Shown here: positions 13,101-25,195 of the stretch, in pieces
Numbering within the stretch: the first letter of the stretch is position 1
Layout of the letters: each line of letters opens with the position of its first letter
DNA from: Curvularia clavata
Taxonomy: Eukaryota
DNA: 64,000 nucleotides
Direction of reading: 5' to 3'
NCBI GenBank assembly: GCA_023920165.1
Contig: CP089277.1
Coordinates: 434,001-498,000 of the forward strand
Made by a program: the position numbers and the translations under genes
The notes under the pieces: generated by a model
Databases searched by the model: none
Told to the model about the DNA's origin: nothing
Seen by the model: only the letters and a program-made list of their open reading frames with translations

Positions 13101-13538
13101 ACGACCAGATATCCCAGCCTCGTGTTCGTACGTTGGACTGTCTGGAACTCGCTCGATGCACGGACCACGAATCACGCGCCGCTTGCTACCTTCACAGCCA
13201 AACTCAACAGCATCCAGCAAGGCTACCGTCATCTTCCCCTCTACGACAGCAACGGTGAGCAGTACCTGTTCTCCACGCTCTTCTGTAAAATCAAGAAACA
13301 GGATATTGTCGATGCGCCTGAACCCTCAAGCGCCACTTCATGCGGGTCATCCATTGACCCTGGCAGCCCCCTTCAGGAGCCAACCAACGCCAAAGCGAGT
13401 CGTAGCTTCGTCAGACGCTTGATCAGCCGTGCACCGAGCGAGCGCAGGAGGCGCAAGGAGGAGCTGCATCGCACAGGCAGCGAGTCACGCGAATCCGACC
13501 TAGACCCTATCAGTCGCTCAAGCACAATGGAGCGATAG
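10200..13538 (+). CDS. PLC1: Phosphoinositide-specific phospholipase C (PH, EF-hand, X/Y catalytic, C2 domains), 1112 aa, intronless
   Basis: X-box YYISSSHNTYL, GCRCLEIDCWDG, SLEVHCS; Y-box LMRVYP...SSNFDP...GVQMAALNWQTYD; C2 region ISAQQLP...GYRHLPL. Confidence 0.97.
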   Translation: MSLLHDSYSRPRMPSPSPSFARAISISARGSPALTASCLNGSLQSTPEGMVPISSSLPAIPSYALPESLLPPPVQSQPTSSPSAMAEALGKGPGLIRRVSRGAQGIPHRFRRGNSTAQRDKSSGPVIMRRRSDSRTAADADTGISDFDAFEEEEAIEDPYEPIHGLGITGPSPSFSSIPDAAVVAPVRNSRLEQGTVLKKITKKEKKEINLRLDLESAKVFWDPSRPSKAFYIDDVKEIRSGPEAKHYREECGLSENWAPYWFTIVYTDTTRSKGRIRTMHLIAPDVGVFNMWTQTLESVSRNRIDLMAGLMGFADKSAKLVWQRAMKKRGDGEETLDFPSIVELCRSLHINCSEATLRAVFQKADTLDTGKLNQSQFLSFVRRLKERKDIKTIYKSLTSGSKMEMDKVTFFSFLQQEQGVDVNADLEYWTNTFERFARATKPRAAATPAEGGEIPLPLAMNFSGFQTFLTSSANSILRLVGRQQKLDRPLNEYYISSSHNTYLLGRQVAGESSTEAYITALQKGCRCLEIDCWDGADSVPVVMHGRTLTKSILFQDTIKVINKYAFTESPYPVILSLEVHCSPIQQSAMVKIMIQEFGDKLVLQPLDFESQNLPSPEELKYRILIKVKGAAGDEFDTRALLGEITSRRQRSFSSPWSRPVIMNDNVIPNSPLLSSPPSMSPPERSATFWATPRTSNNTLPTSAAVSSAEDSDSPNATAVEAAELVDNQNKHKKTKTNITKELGSLGVYTRGVKFTDFASIEANTFNHVFSINERAFDKLTKPGAREKHLLEEHNMRCLMRVYPHAFRINSSNFDPLKFWRRGVQMAALNWQTYDLGQQLNEAMFAGGDDRTGYVLKPAALRLESQTPVIGHRKAPKKEVKFTVQIISAQQLPRPRGLGQEANINPYVEFEMYCAEDMGANATGIGGQDASARNGHSGIGNPLRKRTRIVEGNGYNPEFGNEIDMTVTTRYPSLVFVRWTVWNSLDARTTNHAPLATFTAKLNSIQQGYRHLPLYDSNGEQYLFSTLFCKIKKQDIVDAPEPSSATSCGSSIDPGSPLQEPTNAKASRSFVRRLISRAPSERRRRKEELHRTGSESRESDLDPISRSSTMER

Positions 13539-16500
13539 TCCGAGCTCCAGGATAACGCCTCACTCTGCAGCTGACAGTGGCGCCACGCGTCTGTAAGCAT
13601 GAATCCTCGGCTACAGAGGCATCATGCGCTTGCATATTGTTCCACCCCACATATACTGATATCTCACCGCGTGCCGGGCTTCTTGCTTTCCAGGAAGCCT
13701 AACGCCACGACATGGGGGGGCAAAGAGGCCCACGGCTATCTGTGCCGCAGCTTACATTCAATCACGGTTATGCGGAACAAAGCTAAGAATTATCTCGGGT
13801 ACAGGCACAGCCATTGTATCTGATGACGACTATCGATATTTTCCACTAGAGCTGCAACGCAGACTTGCTCCACTCAACAACACTGGTTTTTTTACCAAAA
13901 ACAAAAAAGTTATCACTGATGCGTTGTCCCGGGCCTGGACGCCGATCGCTTTCATCGCCTTGTGTATCCGATTCTATCATATACCCTATTTTTTTCGCAC
14001 AGGAAACTTTCTTTTCTTTTCTATTTTCCGGGACCGGAACATTGGCGTCGTTAAACATTAGGGAGATTATCATGGTTTGCCGGCGCGCAAGCCCCTTCTT
14101 GCATCTTGGCGATATCCCCATAGACTTTGCTTTTCGACTCGGAAAGAGCTTCATTGCTCTGTTCTGGAAAAAAACCTCCTTCTGTACAAACCCTTCTTTT
14201 TTTTACTTTTACTTCTCGTTGAATATTTTTGGTGGTTGGTTTTTATTTTATTTTTACTCGCCATGGTAGGGCTTAACGACTTGATGATGTGTAGTAGTAG
14301 TAGCTTATTCTAGCATAGCTAGTAGGAATTTGTTGAGCAGGATTCTGCCAACTGTTTTTGGTTTCTCGTAGCAAAGCGATGAGACCGTTGAGTTTTCGGT
14401 GCCGCTTTTCTTTTCTTTTTCGTCCTGTTTGTTGTCGTGTTTAATGGGACCCTTTTTCTTTCTTTTTCGTCATAGCTCCAGAAACTCAACACTTGGCTGT
14501 TTGGCTCAACAAGGCCTACAGCCAAGGTAGAGTTGTGCTTCTGGATCTGTTCATTGTACTTTCTTGTCACCTTTTTCCATTGAGCAAGATGTATTATTGT
14601 TTTTTTTTGCTTTGTCTGCCTTGTATGTATGTATGTAACATTGGGAATTTGAGATTGGTGTCTGTGACCCCGAGACGCAACTCATTGGTTTTATTTCCGG
14701 GACCTTGGGGAAAAAAAGGATTGGTGATCAGCATTTCGGAAGGGAAACAGGGCCCGACAAAAAAAGAAACATTGGAGGAGAATTAATGCCGACCCGCTTC
14801 AAACAGACACACAGATGAAAACTACACTCTCGGGCATTTAGGATAGAAATGATATCAGACGAAACCTTTACAAGCAAAGCGTATTGGAGGGTGGGAAAAG
14901 TGTATAATATATTCCAGCGCCATTCTGCACACTGTATACTGTTCCTCGTCCTCTTGTTTGGCTTGTGAGTGCCTTTTCCTCGCGCTCGTGGTGGTTGTTT
15001 CGAACTCTCGCATGACACCACGTCAGAAGCGAAGAAGGTGGGGAAATGGCATACACATACATGACACGCATGCAATCGATCGAAGCAAACCTCCAACCAC
15101 GCACCCTTGAACTCAGCAAAAGAGAGGAGAAGGGAAAGAACCGCCTACACCTTCCCCTTCCTCATCCGCATCCCATAGTCTCGGAAACGAGACATGCACA
15201 ACACCTTTTCTATCAAATCTCGAATCTCGATTTCCCTTCAACTTGCGGTGTGTGCGTTTTTGCATACACAAATACTTTATCCCGTCTTCTCACACTGCAG
15301 GGAGCAACCATACATATCTTATCCGCACTTAAACAATCCAAAAGTGTCATCGCTGCACCCCCACGCCCGCCTCACTCACCCCTCTTCACAATTCTACACC
15401 ACTATTACACCTATACATGCATATATGCAGACTACCGCTTACCGCTGCATGAGGCTGACAAGACGAAAAGAAAAAGTGGGTCGATGCAGTAGTAGCGCAT
15501 AGTTCTTGTGGCGCTCGGTTGTTCGCTTCATTTTTTTCTCTCGCCTTTTCTTGACTTACATAATGGGACTACGGATAACTATGCAGAGAGGAAGCTAAGT
15601 AGTATGCATATAACCCACAAGGTGTATTTTTCGAATGGGAGGAGAAGTGCCGAGGTTTACTTCGTATGCATGAAGTTTTTGAGAGGGGCTTTCCGCTGGG
15701 TTCCGGATATGTGAGGATATCCACACTTTAGTGTTATGTGTGCGTTGGGGAAGGATGACTACATTGCGTTTAGCATGCGGTATTTGTCTGCGCGCGGGAG
15801 AAAAGGTTTATCCCTTGGAGCGGACGGCATCTAGTCAGAACGACAGGTGTTAGTGTTACCCTGATCATTAGAAGAAGAAGAAAAAACCAATCGAGCACGT
15901 GAGGTCATTACCCACAAATTCTAGATCTAATCCCCCAAACCCCAGATACGATACCCACGTGCAAATAACCTCAATTGAAATCACACCAGCCCGTAAAGAA
16001 AAAGGGGGTTTTTAGCCACAACCCCCCAACTCGTTTCCTCAAACTTTCCTCGCAAAGGCGAGTACGTTCAACGCACACACAGACAAGGGAGAAAAAAAAA
16101 TAGTTAGAGGCCTGCAACGATCCAGACCCATGCCACACACCCAGCTATCCCCGTCCCGCACGCGCGCGCTCGCTGAGTTGAGCTAGTGTCAGCGGGAACG
16201 ACGGACGGACACGGGACTGCTGCGGGCGTCGTGGCGGGTAAGGTTTAAGCACGGAGACAAGCGCGGGGGTTAGCCATGTACATGGAGGGTTTTTAGAGAA
16301 GGAAAAAAAAAACTCTTACTCGAAAAGGGACTGTGCAAACCCGAACTTCCTTTTATGTAGAGGTTCTAGGCCCATGTGTGTGGCGGGCTGATATGCAGTC
16401 TTCTCTGCAAGATTTTTTTTTATTAATTTTGTTCTCAGGGGGTTTGGAGCAGGCGTTTAGAGATTCTGGGGTAGAGTTGATGGGGGTTGACTTTGGTGCC

Positions 16501-19469
16501 AATTGTACTGCCTGTGTGTATAGAGCGCAACAACAACTCTTCAACGCTTGAATCTACAAGTACCGTTAAAAAAACAAACACCAAAACCGCTCGCGTGCGC
16601 TAAACGAACTTCCCCAACGTAAGCCTGCGGCTATGCTAAACGCCCCTGCCCATATTACTGCCGTGCAACCGAATTCGGGTCTACTGCGGCTATGCTCTGC
16701 CCCCATTCTCAGCAGCACCCGCCCGCCCCCATCTTACCTACTCTTGCCTTATTTGTATTCCTAATTCTGCGAGGCGTCTCACCCAATCGTTCAATTACTA
16801 CGGAGCAGGTTGACCTATATTTACCGAGTCATTGGCCGGCAGCACCCGACGTCAAAGCGAGACAATCACATTTGTCCAAGCCTTGCAGCTTGCATGCTGC
16901 CCCGCTCAGCTCCTCGGCAGGAATATGTTACACAGCATGCGCGCAATACGTAGTTACTGCGGGCGGGCGTGCGTGAGCGGGCGGAGACATTAGCCGTGTT
17001 GGTAAGGTCGAAGATGGAATCACCCCCTCTCTTTCTCTCTTCGTCTTGCTCGCATCAAGGGTAGATGCATACACAGTCATGTTCCCCATGTTCAACATTT
17101 TAGGCAGCACCTATGATCAGAGGGTGTGCAGAGCACAGCAGCTTGGATCCGGTCAAAGACGAATGGAAAAAAAGGTGGCTGCAAGTCACGGAGCTCGGAA
17201 CCAGGGCCGGGCATCTCGCAACGTGCATACAGTAGGAGGGCCAAAGTAGTCCTGTGCCTTGCGTCTGGCGTTCTGCGTGACATAGGAAAAGGGCCGAATA
17301 CCCCGTGTATGGCTACGTGTTACCGCCTGCGTGGCAGCAGAGGCTGAAAACGGATTTGGCTGCACAAGAAGCTTCGAAGCCTTCAGGTCGGAACTGTACT
17401 ACTGACCTTGATCGGTGAAGAGGATGAGGTGATTGCCTACCATAAGCTGAGTATCCCTTTTGATTGCTTCTCGCAGTAGTTTCCAGACTAGACGACCATG
17501 TGGCTGCCTTGCCTTGTGCGGGGGTGCAACCTGATAGAGGGTGTCGTTGTTAAATTGTGAGGCTGCAACATGCTATTCCTATATTAGACGCCAGTCCGCG
17601 GTCCACCAGTACCATTCGTCCATTGCATCATGACCTTGACGATCTGCCAGGCTCAGTTGCGGAGAAGGACATGTGCGACATACCAAGTGTTTTGCAGTAT
17701 GGCAGCCGAGACATGGTAGACCATGCGAACCTGCATGAAACCAGACGCCGAGCAACGTGGTGCCAATTGTGGGGGTTGCATAAAACTGATAACCGATCGC
17801 ATGTCAGCATCGTGGTCCTAGTGAGGACTCCGGGCCTCGCAAATCCGGTTACCTGCATGATGCTAAATGCACGGCGTCGTCGCCTGACAGTTGCAACTAT
17901 CGCGCTCGAGCTTCCCCCCATCTTTGTCAATGCTGGATATCTGGATTTATCGATTTGTAGTGAAAATGCATATGCACAGCCGAACATCTGATCAGTATTA
18001 CTCGGTTACTGAAAGTCGGTATATTGCAAGTTGGAAATAATGTACAGGCCTCGCTAGTAGGCGATGTGTACCGTGACCGCAAATGGATCGAGTATGTGAT
18101 GACATTATACAATCGAAATATAGCGTCTTTGCAGTAGGCAGCTGATGCGATTGTCAGTCTCACTCCAGGCAGCACCAGTGCTGGCGGCTACTGACGACGA
18201 AGACGCAATCACCGCATTAGCCGCCAGTACTGTGGAAGGATACCAAAAAGCACCCTGTGACTTTGCTTTGGTGTGTCAACAGATATCTTCTTTCAGTACT
18301 TGGAGGGCTTGATTGCGGACGAATGAAGACATGCCAATGTAGGCTGAGTACATGCGCCACCGTATGAGTAAAAGAAGTGGTCGTGATGAGTCAAGAAGAT
18401 AAGGACACCGATCATTCTTCTGTCGGTCTTAGCTGCTATGTCGGCTTTAGTAGTTTCAAGTGTTGGGACTGGTTAGCAGAGGCGTGGGCATATCCACATG
18501 TGCATCACCGTCATCTCTTTTGGGTAAGAAGCTTGACCCTCACTGCCACATGGAAAGCGAGAGTGAAAGTCTGTGTGAAGGCTTTAGTAGGCCACGAGCA
18601 AACGAAAGCAACGGCTGACTTACTATCGCTCGCTCGCTCACTGATCTGACTCCTACTCCCACATCCTCAATAAAAGCTGCAGTTCTTCTACAACTCAGCT
18701 GGGGGATCTCCTGAGAGCGATGTGAGAAAGGGAGTGTATACAATCCACTCTCCCACCCCAACTTGGATTGTATCAAGACCAAGGATTGCATATGCCGTTT
18801 AGGATGCAGCTTGATGTCTATGTCCTGCCCCGAAGTCATTGTCGAGGGCGGGATAGTGCAAACAGCCTGTACCATGGACATGAACCCCGCAACCGATAGA
18901 CGACCGACAAGGGAACATTCGGCCAGAACTACCTAGTGTTATGTGGGGTTTACTTCCTGGAACTAATGAGGCTGGAGCCATGGTTATACAGTGGCTGCAA
19001 TGACGTTGCGTGGGGTCTTCGGATGGCGATTAGTCGCTTATAGTGACGGCATCTTTACGAATGGCGGACTGTTATAGTTCACAGGATGAAGTGGCTTGGT
19101 TCTTTACACTGTGTCCGCGGCTTGCGGAGGTCCAAATAAGGTGTTGGTAGTATGAAAGCAACCCATGGGAGAGCGCACGCGCCAAGGACGACATGCTCCG
19201 ACATTCCGACCCCGCTGGACTTGGGTTCAACACAATCTTTAATCCGCCACAACCGTCCACATCTAGGCGCAAACGCACACGCACACGCGCAACCACCAGG
19301 CTTTTTCTCCCTATAGGCAATGGTCTGAGTAGGAGAAAAGCCCATATTCTCAACCGCTCCCGCTCACCAATAAAACCGCCACCAACCGCTGCCTCGAAAC
19401 TTCGCACTCGACCCCACGAATTTCCCACCCAAGTCGGGGTGAGCGAGCGTTCAAGCGCGCACGACGACC

Positions 19470-22400
19470 ATGGAGGGCGCCTTCACACATATGGGCAACC
19501 ACCTGGTGTCCGACTCGGCAGCCACCATCAATGCTGGAGACGTAGACGAGGGCATCCTTGACGGCGACCTTTCTCGCGGCCGGCTCTCACGTAGGCGCCG
19601 CGCCGACGACGACGAAGAGTACGATGACGACGATGCGGAGAGCATGGCCAGCATGCCAGTGGGTGGACGGAACGCCCAGTCAGGCATGCGTGCAGAAGAT
19701 GCAGAAGATGCAGAGGTCGAGCTGCCACCCCATGCATGTATGTAGGAAACCGGCGGGCACAACGCAAGGCCCTGCCAATGGACTGATTGGTTGACTGACT
19801 GGTTGATTTAGGCGCATACTGTGGCATCCACAACGCCGGGAGTGTCGTCAAATGCCTGGCCTGCAGCAAATGGTTCTGTAGCGCCCGTGGCAACTCATCG
19901 TCGTCCCACATTATCAACCATCTTGTCCGCGCCCGCCATAAGGAAGTCCAGCTGCACCCCGCCTCATCGCTCGGCGACACGACGCTCGAATGCTACAACT
20001 GTGGTACCAAGAATGTCTTTTTGCTCGGCTTCATCCCCGCCAAGTCAGATACGGTCGTTGTTCTGCTCTGTCGTCAGCCATGTGCCGCCATGCCCTCACA
20101 GAAAGACATGAACTGGGACACATCGCGCTGGCAGCCCCTCATTGAAGACCGCTCTTTTCTGCCCTGGCTCGTCCCTCCCCCAACCGACCAAGAACAGCTC
20201 CGTGCCCGCCATCTGAGTCCCCAGACTATTGCAAAGCTCGAAGAGCTGTGGAAGGATGATGCGAATGCTACAATCGCCGACCTCGAAAAGGGAGCTGGCC
20301 AAGAAGAGGTTATTGCCAAGGTCTTGCTCCGCTACGACGACGCCTACCAGTACCAGAATGTCTTTGGTCCCCTGGTAAAGATTGAGGCCGACTACGATCG
20401 AAAGCTCAAGGAGTCGCAGTCGCAGGATAACCTCGTTGTGCGCTGGGATATGGCTTTGAACAACAAGCACACAGCCAGCTTTATCCTACCCAAGCTCGAG
20501 CTAGGCGACGTCAAGCTCGCTGTTGGTGACGAGATGCGACTGCGCTATACTGGAGAGCTCCGCCCGCATTGGGAAGGTGTCGGATATGTCATCAAGATTC
20601 CCAACAACCAGTCTGACGAGGTCACTATCGAATTGCGCACCAAGGGCGACCACAAGTCAGTCCCTACTGAGTGTACTCACAACTTCAGTGCCGACTACGT
20701 CTGGAAAGCCACTTCCTTTGACCGCATGCAACACGCCATGAAGACGTTTGCAATCGATGAGATGAGTGTTTCCGGCTACATTTTCCACCGTCTCCTCGGT
20801 CACGAAGTTGCGGCAGCCCCTATGAAGGTTACCATTCCCCGCAAGTTCAGTGTACCAGGTCTTCCGGAGCTCAACAGCAGTCAGAACAACGCTGTCAAGA
20901 GTGTTCTCCAGAAGCCGCTCAGCTTGATTCAAGGTCCTCCGGGTACCGGAAAGACCGTTACGTCTGCCACTATCATTTATCATCTCTGCAAGATCAGCGG
21001 CAGTCAAGTCTTGGTTTGCGCACCCTCCAACGTCGCTGTGGACCAGCTGTGCGAACGCATTCATCTAACTGGCCTCAAAACGGTTCGTGTAACAGCAAAG
21101 TCGAGGGAAGACGTCGAGTCTCCTGTTGGCTTTTTGTCTCTCCACGAGCAAGTCCGCATGAATGACACCAACGTCGAGCTGAACAAGCTGAATCAGCTGA
21201 AGAACGACGTGGGCGAACTCTCAAGCCAAGACGAAAAGAAGTTCAAGCAGCTCACTCGTGCAGCCGAGCGCGAAATCCTCAACGCAGCCGACGTCATCTG
21301 CTGTACTTGCGTTGGTGCTGGTGATCCTCGACTAGCCAAGATGAAGTTCCGCACTGTGCTTATCGATGAATCGACCCAGTCTGCAGAGCCGGAGTGCATG
21401 ATCCCCTTGGTTCTTGGATGCAAGCAGGTCGTACTGGTCGGTGACCATCAGCAACTTGGACCCGTCATTATGAACAAGAAGGCTGCCACAGCCGGTCTGA
21501 ACCAATCTCTGTTCGAGCGTCTCGTCATCCTTGGCTGCTCTCCCATCCGACTTCAGGTTCAGTACCGCATGCACCCTTGTCTGTCCGAGTTCCCGTCCAA
21601 CATGTTTTATGAAGGCTCTCTCCAGAATGGTGTCACCATGCAAGAGCGCATCCGTCGCGATGTCGACTTTCCTTGGCCCGTTGTTGACAGCCCTATGATG
21701 TTCTGGTCCAACCTTGGTGCTGAAGAAATCTCAGCTTCTGGAACTTCCTACCTCAACCGTACCGAAGCCCAGAATGTCGAAAAGATCGTAACACGCTTCT
21801 TCAAGGCAGGTGTACAGCCCAGCGATATTGGTATCATCACCCCATACGAAGGTCAGCGCAGCTATGTCGTCAGCTCCATGCAGGCAACCGGTAGCTTCAA
21901 GAAGGAGAACTACAAGGAGGTTGAGGTTGCCTCTGTCGACGCTTTCCAAGGTCGTGAGAAAGACTTCATTATCTTGTCTTGCGTACGTTCCAACGACCAC
22001 CAGGGCATTGGTTTCTTGAGCGATCCCCGTCGTCTCAACGTCGCCCTTACGCGAGCCAAGTATGGTCTCGTCATTCTTGGAAATCCCAAGGTCCTCTCCA
22101 AACACCCATTGTGGCACTACCTCCTCCTTCATTTCAAGGAACGCAACTGCCTCGTCGAGGGCCCTTTGACCAACCTTCAAGTGTCGCTTCTCCAATTCAG
22201 CCGCCCCAAACAGACCTACCGTGGACCTCAACGCTACCAGATGGCTTACCAGCACGCCAACGCTATGACTGCTGGTGGTCGTCAGCCGGGCTTCAATGGC
22301 AACAAGCCTCGACAAGAGTATAACGATAACGGCTCCATTGTTGGCTACATTCCAGATGACGTTTCTTCTGTTCACTCCTCTGCCCTCGGTGGTGTTGGTG

Positions 22401-22792
22401 TCCCTTCCAACTACCCTCCTATGTTCTCCAATTTCCAGGAGTCTTGGCCCCTACCTGGCCGTCCCAACGGCAAGGGTAAGAACGGCGCGCCCCAGAGCGT
22501 TGCTGGTGAGTCCATCGCAGCTAGCGAGCTCACAGATACCCGCAGTGATGCGCCTGGTGGTATTAGTCTTTCTGGTTTGAGTTTGAACGACTACAACAAG
22601 CCCACCTCACTCAGCCAGTCAGATCGCCTCAACCGCTTCGTTGAATCTACTCGCCAGGGCCCGAACGTCGGCACCGGCTTTGGCGCTGGTCGTGGGCTGC
22701 GCGGTGCACTTGGTGGTTTCGAAGATGATGATGCTCGCAGTGTATCCACTGCTTTTGCCAGTCAGATTGGCACCGGCAACGGATATGACTGA
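19470..22792 (+). CDS. UPF1: NMD RNA helicase Upf1/Nam7; intron 19738-19811
   Basis: Splicing restores the CH zinc domain (PHACAYCGIH...). SF1 motifs [49 protein letters not shown]. Confidence 0.98.
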
Positions 22793-23887
22793 TCTCGCTT
22801 TCCTGATACAGTGGTAACATATCAAACCGCTACTACTCCTATGACACGTTTTGGCTGCGAGCCTCTCTCCCACCGGATGGAGCAACAGACCAGCTTCATC
22901 GTCGGCAGTTCGACCTAGAACACGCCCTGTCGGCGGAATTAGAGCAGGCGACCGCCAGTGCGTTGGCACTGATATTGATATTAAGTTCAGTCCGTACCGC
23001 AGCTTGTGTCGACTACTCTGCTCAACGCACCGTCACACGCTTGGCAACCTGTTGCTAGTACGTAACCGCATCTCGACTGCACACAAGCTTTCGATCCGTT
23101 GGATTCAGCCTAAGCACATGATGCGTTGAGACGAAATGTACACTAGAGTAAGTCCAGTTGCAGACCGGAAGGGCAGAGGATCAGTCACAAAATCGAGCTT
23201 CTTTCATTCCTCACAATCTTTTTCACTTCCACGTATGGAAGTTTGATTTTTACGAATGATTTATCGAGAAAAGGGAGAGAAAATCATACTCGGCTTAGTT
23301 GTTTAGTTGCTAGAAGAGAATTTAAACTGTGTTCCGAACCGTCTGTCTGTGTTTTTGCTGAGTGCATTATGTGTGTGAGGTCGAAGAGATTTTTCATCTC
23401 GGTTCGATGGCTCGGAGATGACCTAGTACGTGACATATGGGAGCTCAGTTCAAGTAAATATTCGACATAGCTGTATAGCTAAGCAGGTCACACAAAGACT
23501 CTTGTTATCAGACAATCAGCACTTATAGAAGATAAGAAAGTATCTCATTCATAACCCCAATCCATTCCAAATCATCAAACGCTATACACATTCTTACCCA
23601 CCAAATCAAGTTCAAATAACATGATGTGGACAGACTGTTCATCATGCAAGAAGTAAAAAAAAAATCTCATATACATATATACCCTCATAACACATATTCT
23701 GGGTATCACAACCTCTCCGCTTCATTCCATCCTAAACAAGAAAAAAAACCCCCCAATTAAGATACGACACGACCATCCCCAGGTGGGACCCGACTAGACA
23801 AGCTGTACGCTAAACGGGATATATATGCGTATATGCAACACATACACAAACAGACGCCGTACAAGCAAACGGCAACGTCTGACACGT

Positions 23888-24715
23888 TTACATAACGGTA
23901 CAGCACTTGAGCATCTTGAGCAACTTGGGCAGCCCCTTCTTGACCATCTCCTCGATCTCGTCATTCTGGTTCTGCTGTTGCTGCTGCTGTCCATGATGCT
24001 GTTGACCATGGTGTTGCTGTTGACCGCCATGCTGCTGTCCAGGGTATCCGCCGCCGCCATGACTAGGCGCCACATGGGGAGGCGGCGGCATTTCATCGAC
24101 GCTACCGCCCTGGAGGTTAACAAAGATTCTACCCTCGTTCTCCTCGGTGCGGTATTGCAGGCCTAGCTCGCGGCATACCTGCTCGACGCGCGGCTTGATC
24201 TTCTGCACGTGGTTCCGGCTGTGATTGCCCTTGCCGACAATGACGTGCAAGTGGCTTTGGCCTTGCTGGCGGGCGACTTTGATGCGTTCTTCGAGGACGT
24301 CCTCGGCTTCTTCGACGAAGAGACCGTGAAGGTCAATTGTATCGCTGGCGACGCGCCCTTCGGAATTGTTGGCACGGAAAATAAAGTCGCGGGCTTGTCG
24401 GTTGTATTGCTCCATCTTCTCCGCATGCTTCTTTCCTTCTTGCGACAGCTCGTGGGCGGCAGCGCCGTCGCCGGCCTCGTAGGCTTGGTGCGCGCGGTCA
24501 AAACATGAAGAGCGCTTTGCGGCTTCTTGACGGGCTAGGTCGCGAAGGCGGTCATACTCAGCTTCCGTGTCGGCAGAGGCGTGATTGAGAGCTACAGGTC
24601 CATGTTAGTTGTGCTGTTGCGACTCGGCGTGGCTGGTGTTGAGGAGATGGGGGGTGGAGGCTTGTTAGAGGCACGTACAGCGCGAGCCCAAAGAGGACAT
24701 TTCCATGGCTGCCAT
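23888..24715 (-). CDS. DUF1771 + Smr domain protein (Ypl199c-like putative endonuclease); intron 24592-24678
   Basis: Smr motifs IDLHGL and VIVGKGNHS, N-terminal helical region EYDRLRDLAR, Q/H/G-rich linker, C-terminus CCTVM. Confidence 0.9.
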
Positions 24716-25195
24716 ATTGTCGCGACACTGAGTATGTCAGATTGAAGGGAACGCAATGTATCAATGCTGGTTTATTGTTGTTCCTGAGCGATGTGCTGGG
24801 CGGAATCAAGGTACATAAACTAGGGCTCGGGGACGCTAAGCGGCTGCGTGCAGGATGCTAGCACATGGCGCAGGGTCCAGATCTGTGGCTCAGCGGTGAA
24901 GATCGGGTTGCCCGATCACCACTGGGGAGCATCCAGCACTCACGCAATTGCAGTAGGAAAACTACGTGTTACTCCCATAAGCTACGTGTTCGGCAGAAAG
25001 TACGTAGAGCGGCATGGATGTTGACTAAGTTATGGGCCATAGCTATGCATGACACGCTGTCATTGGTGCCCATAATGATGTTGGCACGCCAAAAGTGAGC
25101 ATTACACTTCGCCGACCCTTCATGCCCGCGAAGCATTGGCAGACATAGAAAGTCATAGTTCCTTCTTGGGAGTGTTGCTAGGTGGGAGAGCAGTC

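Noticed and set aside
17557..18981. ORFs of 80-145 aa upstream of UPF1
   Set aside because: Mostly non-ATG starts, no domain signature and no supporting splice structure
13800..19400. Telomerase RNA in the long PLC1-UPF1 gap
   Set aside because: No TAACCCTAA-type template found on either strand by eye; U/A runs alone are insufficient
23149..23260. GTAAGT donor in the UPF1 3' UTR (autoregulatory intron?)
   Set aside because: No convincing branch point and acceptor at a typical distance
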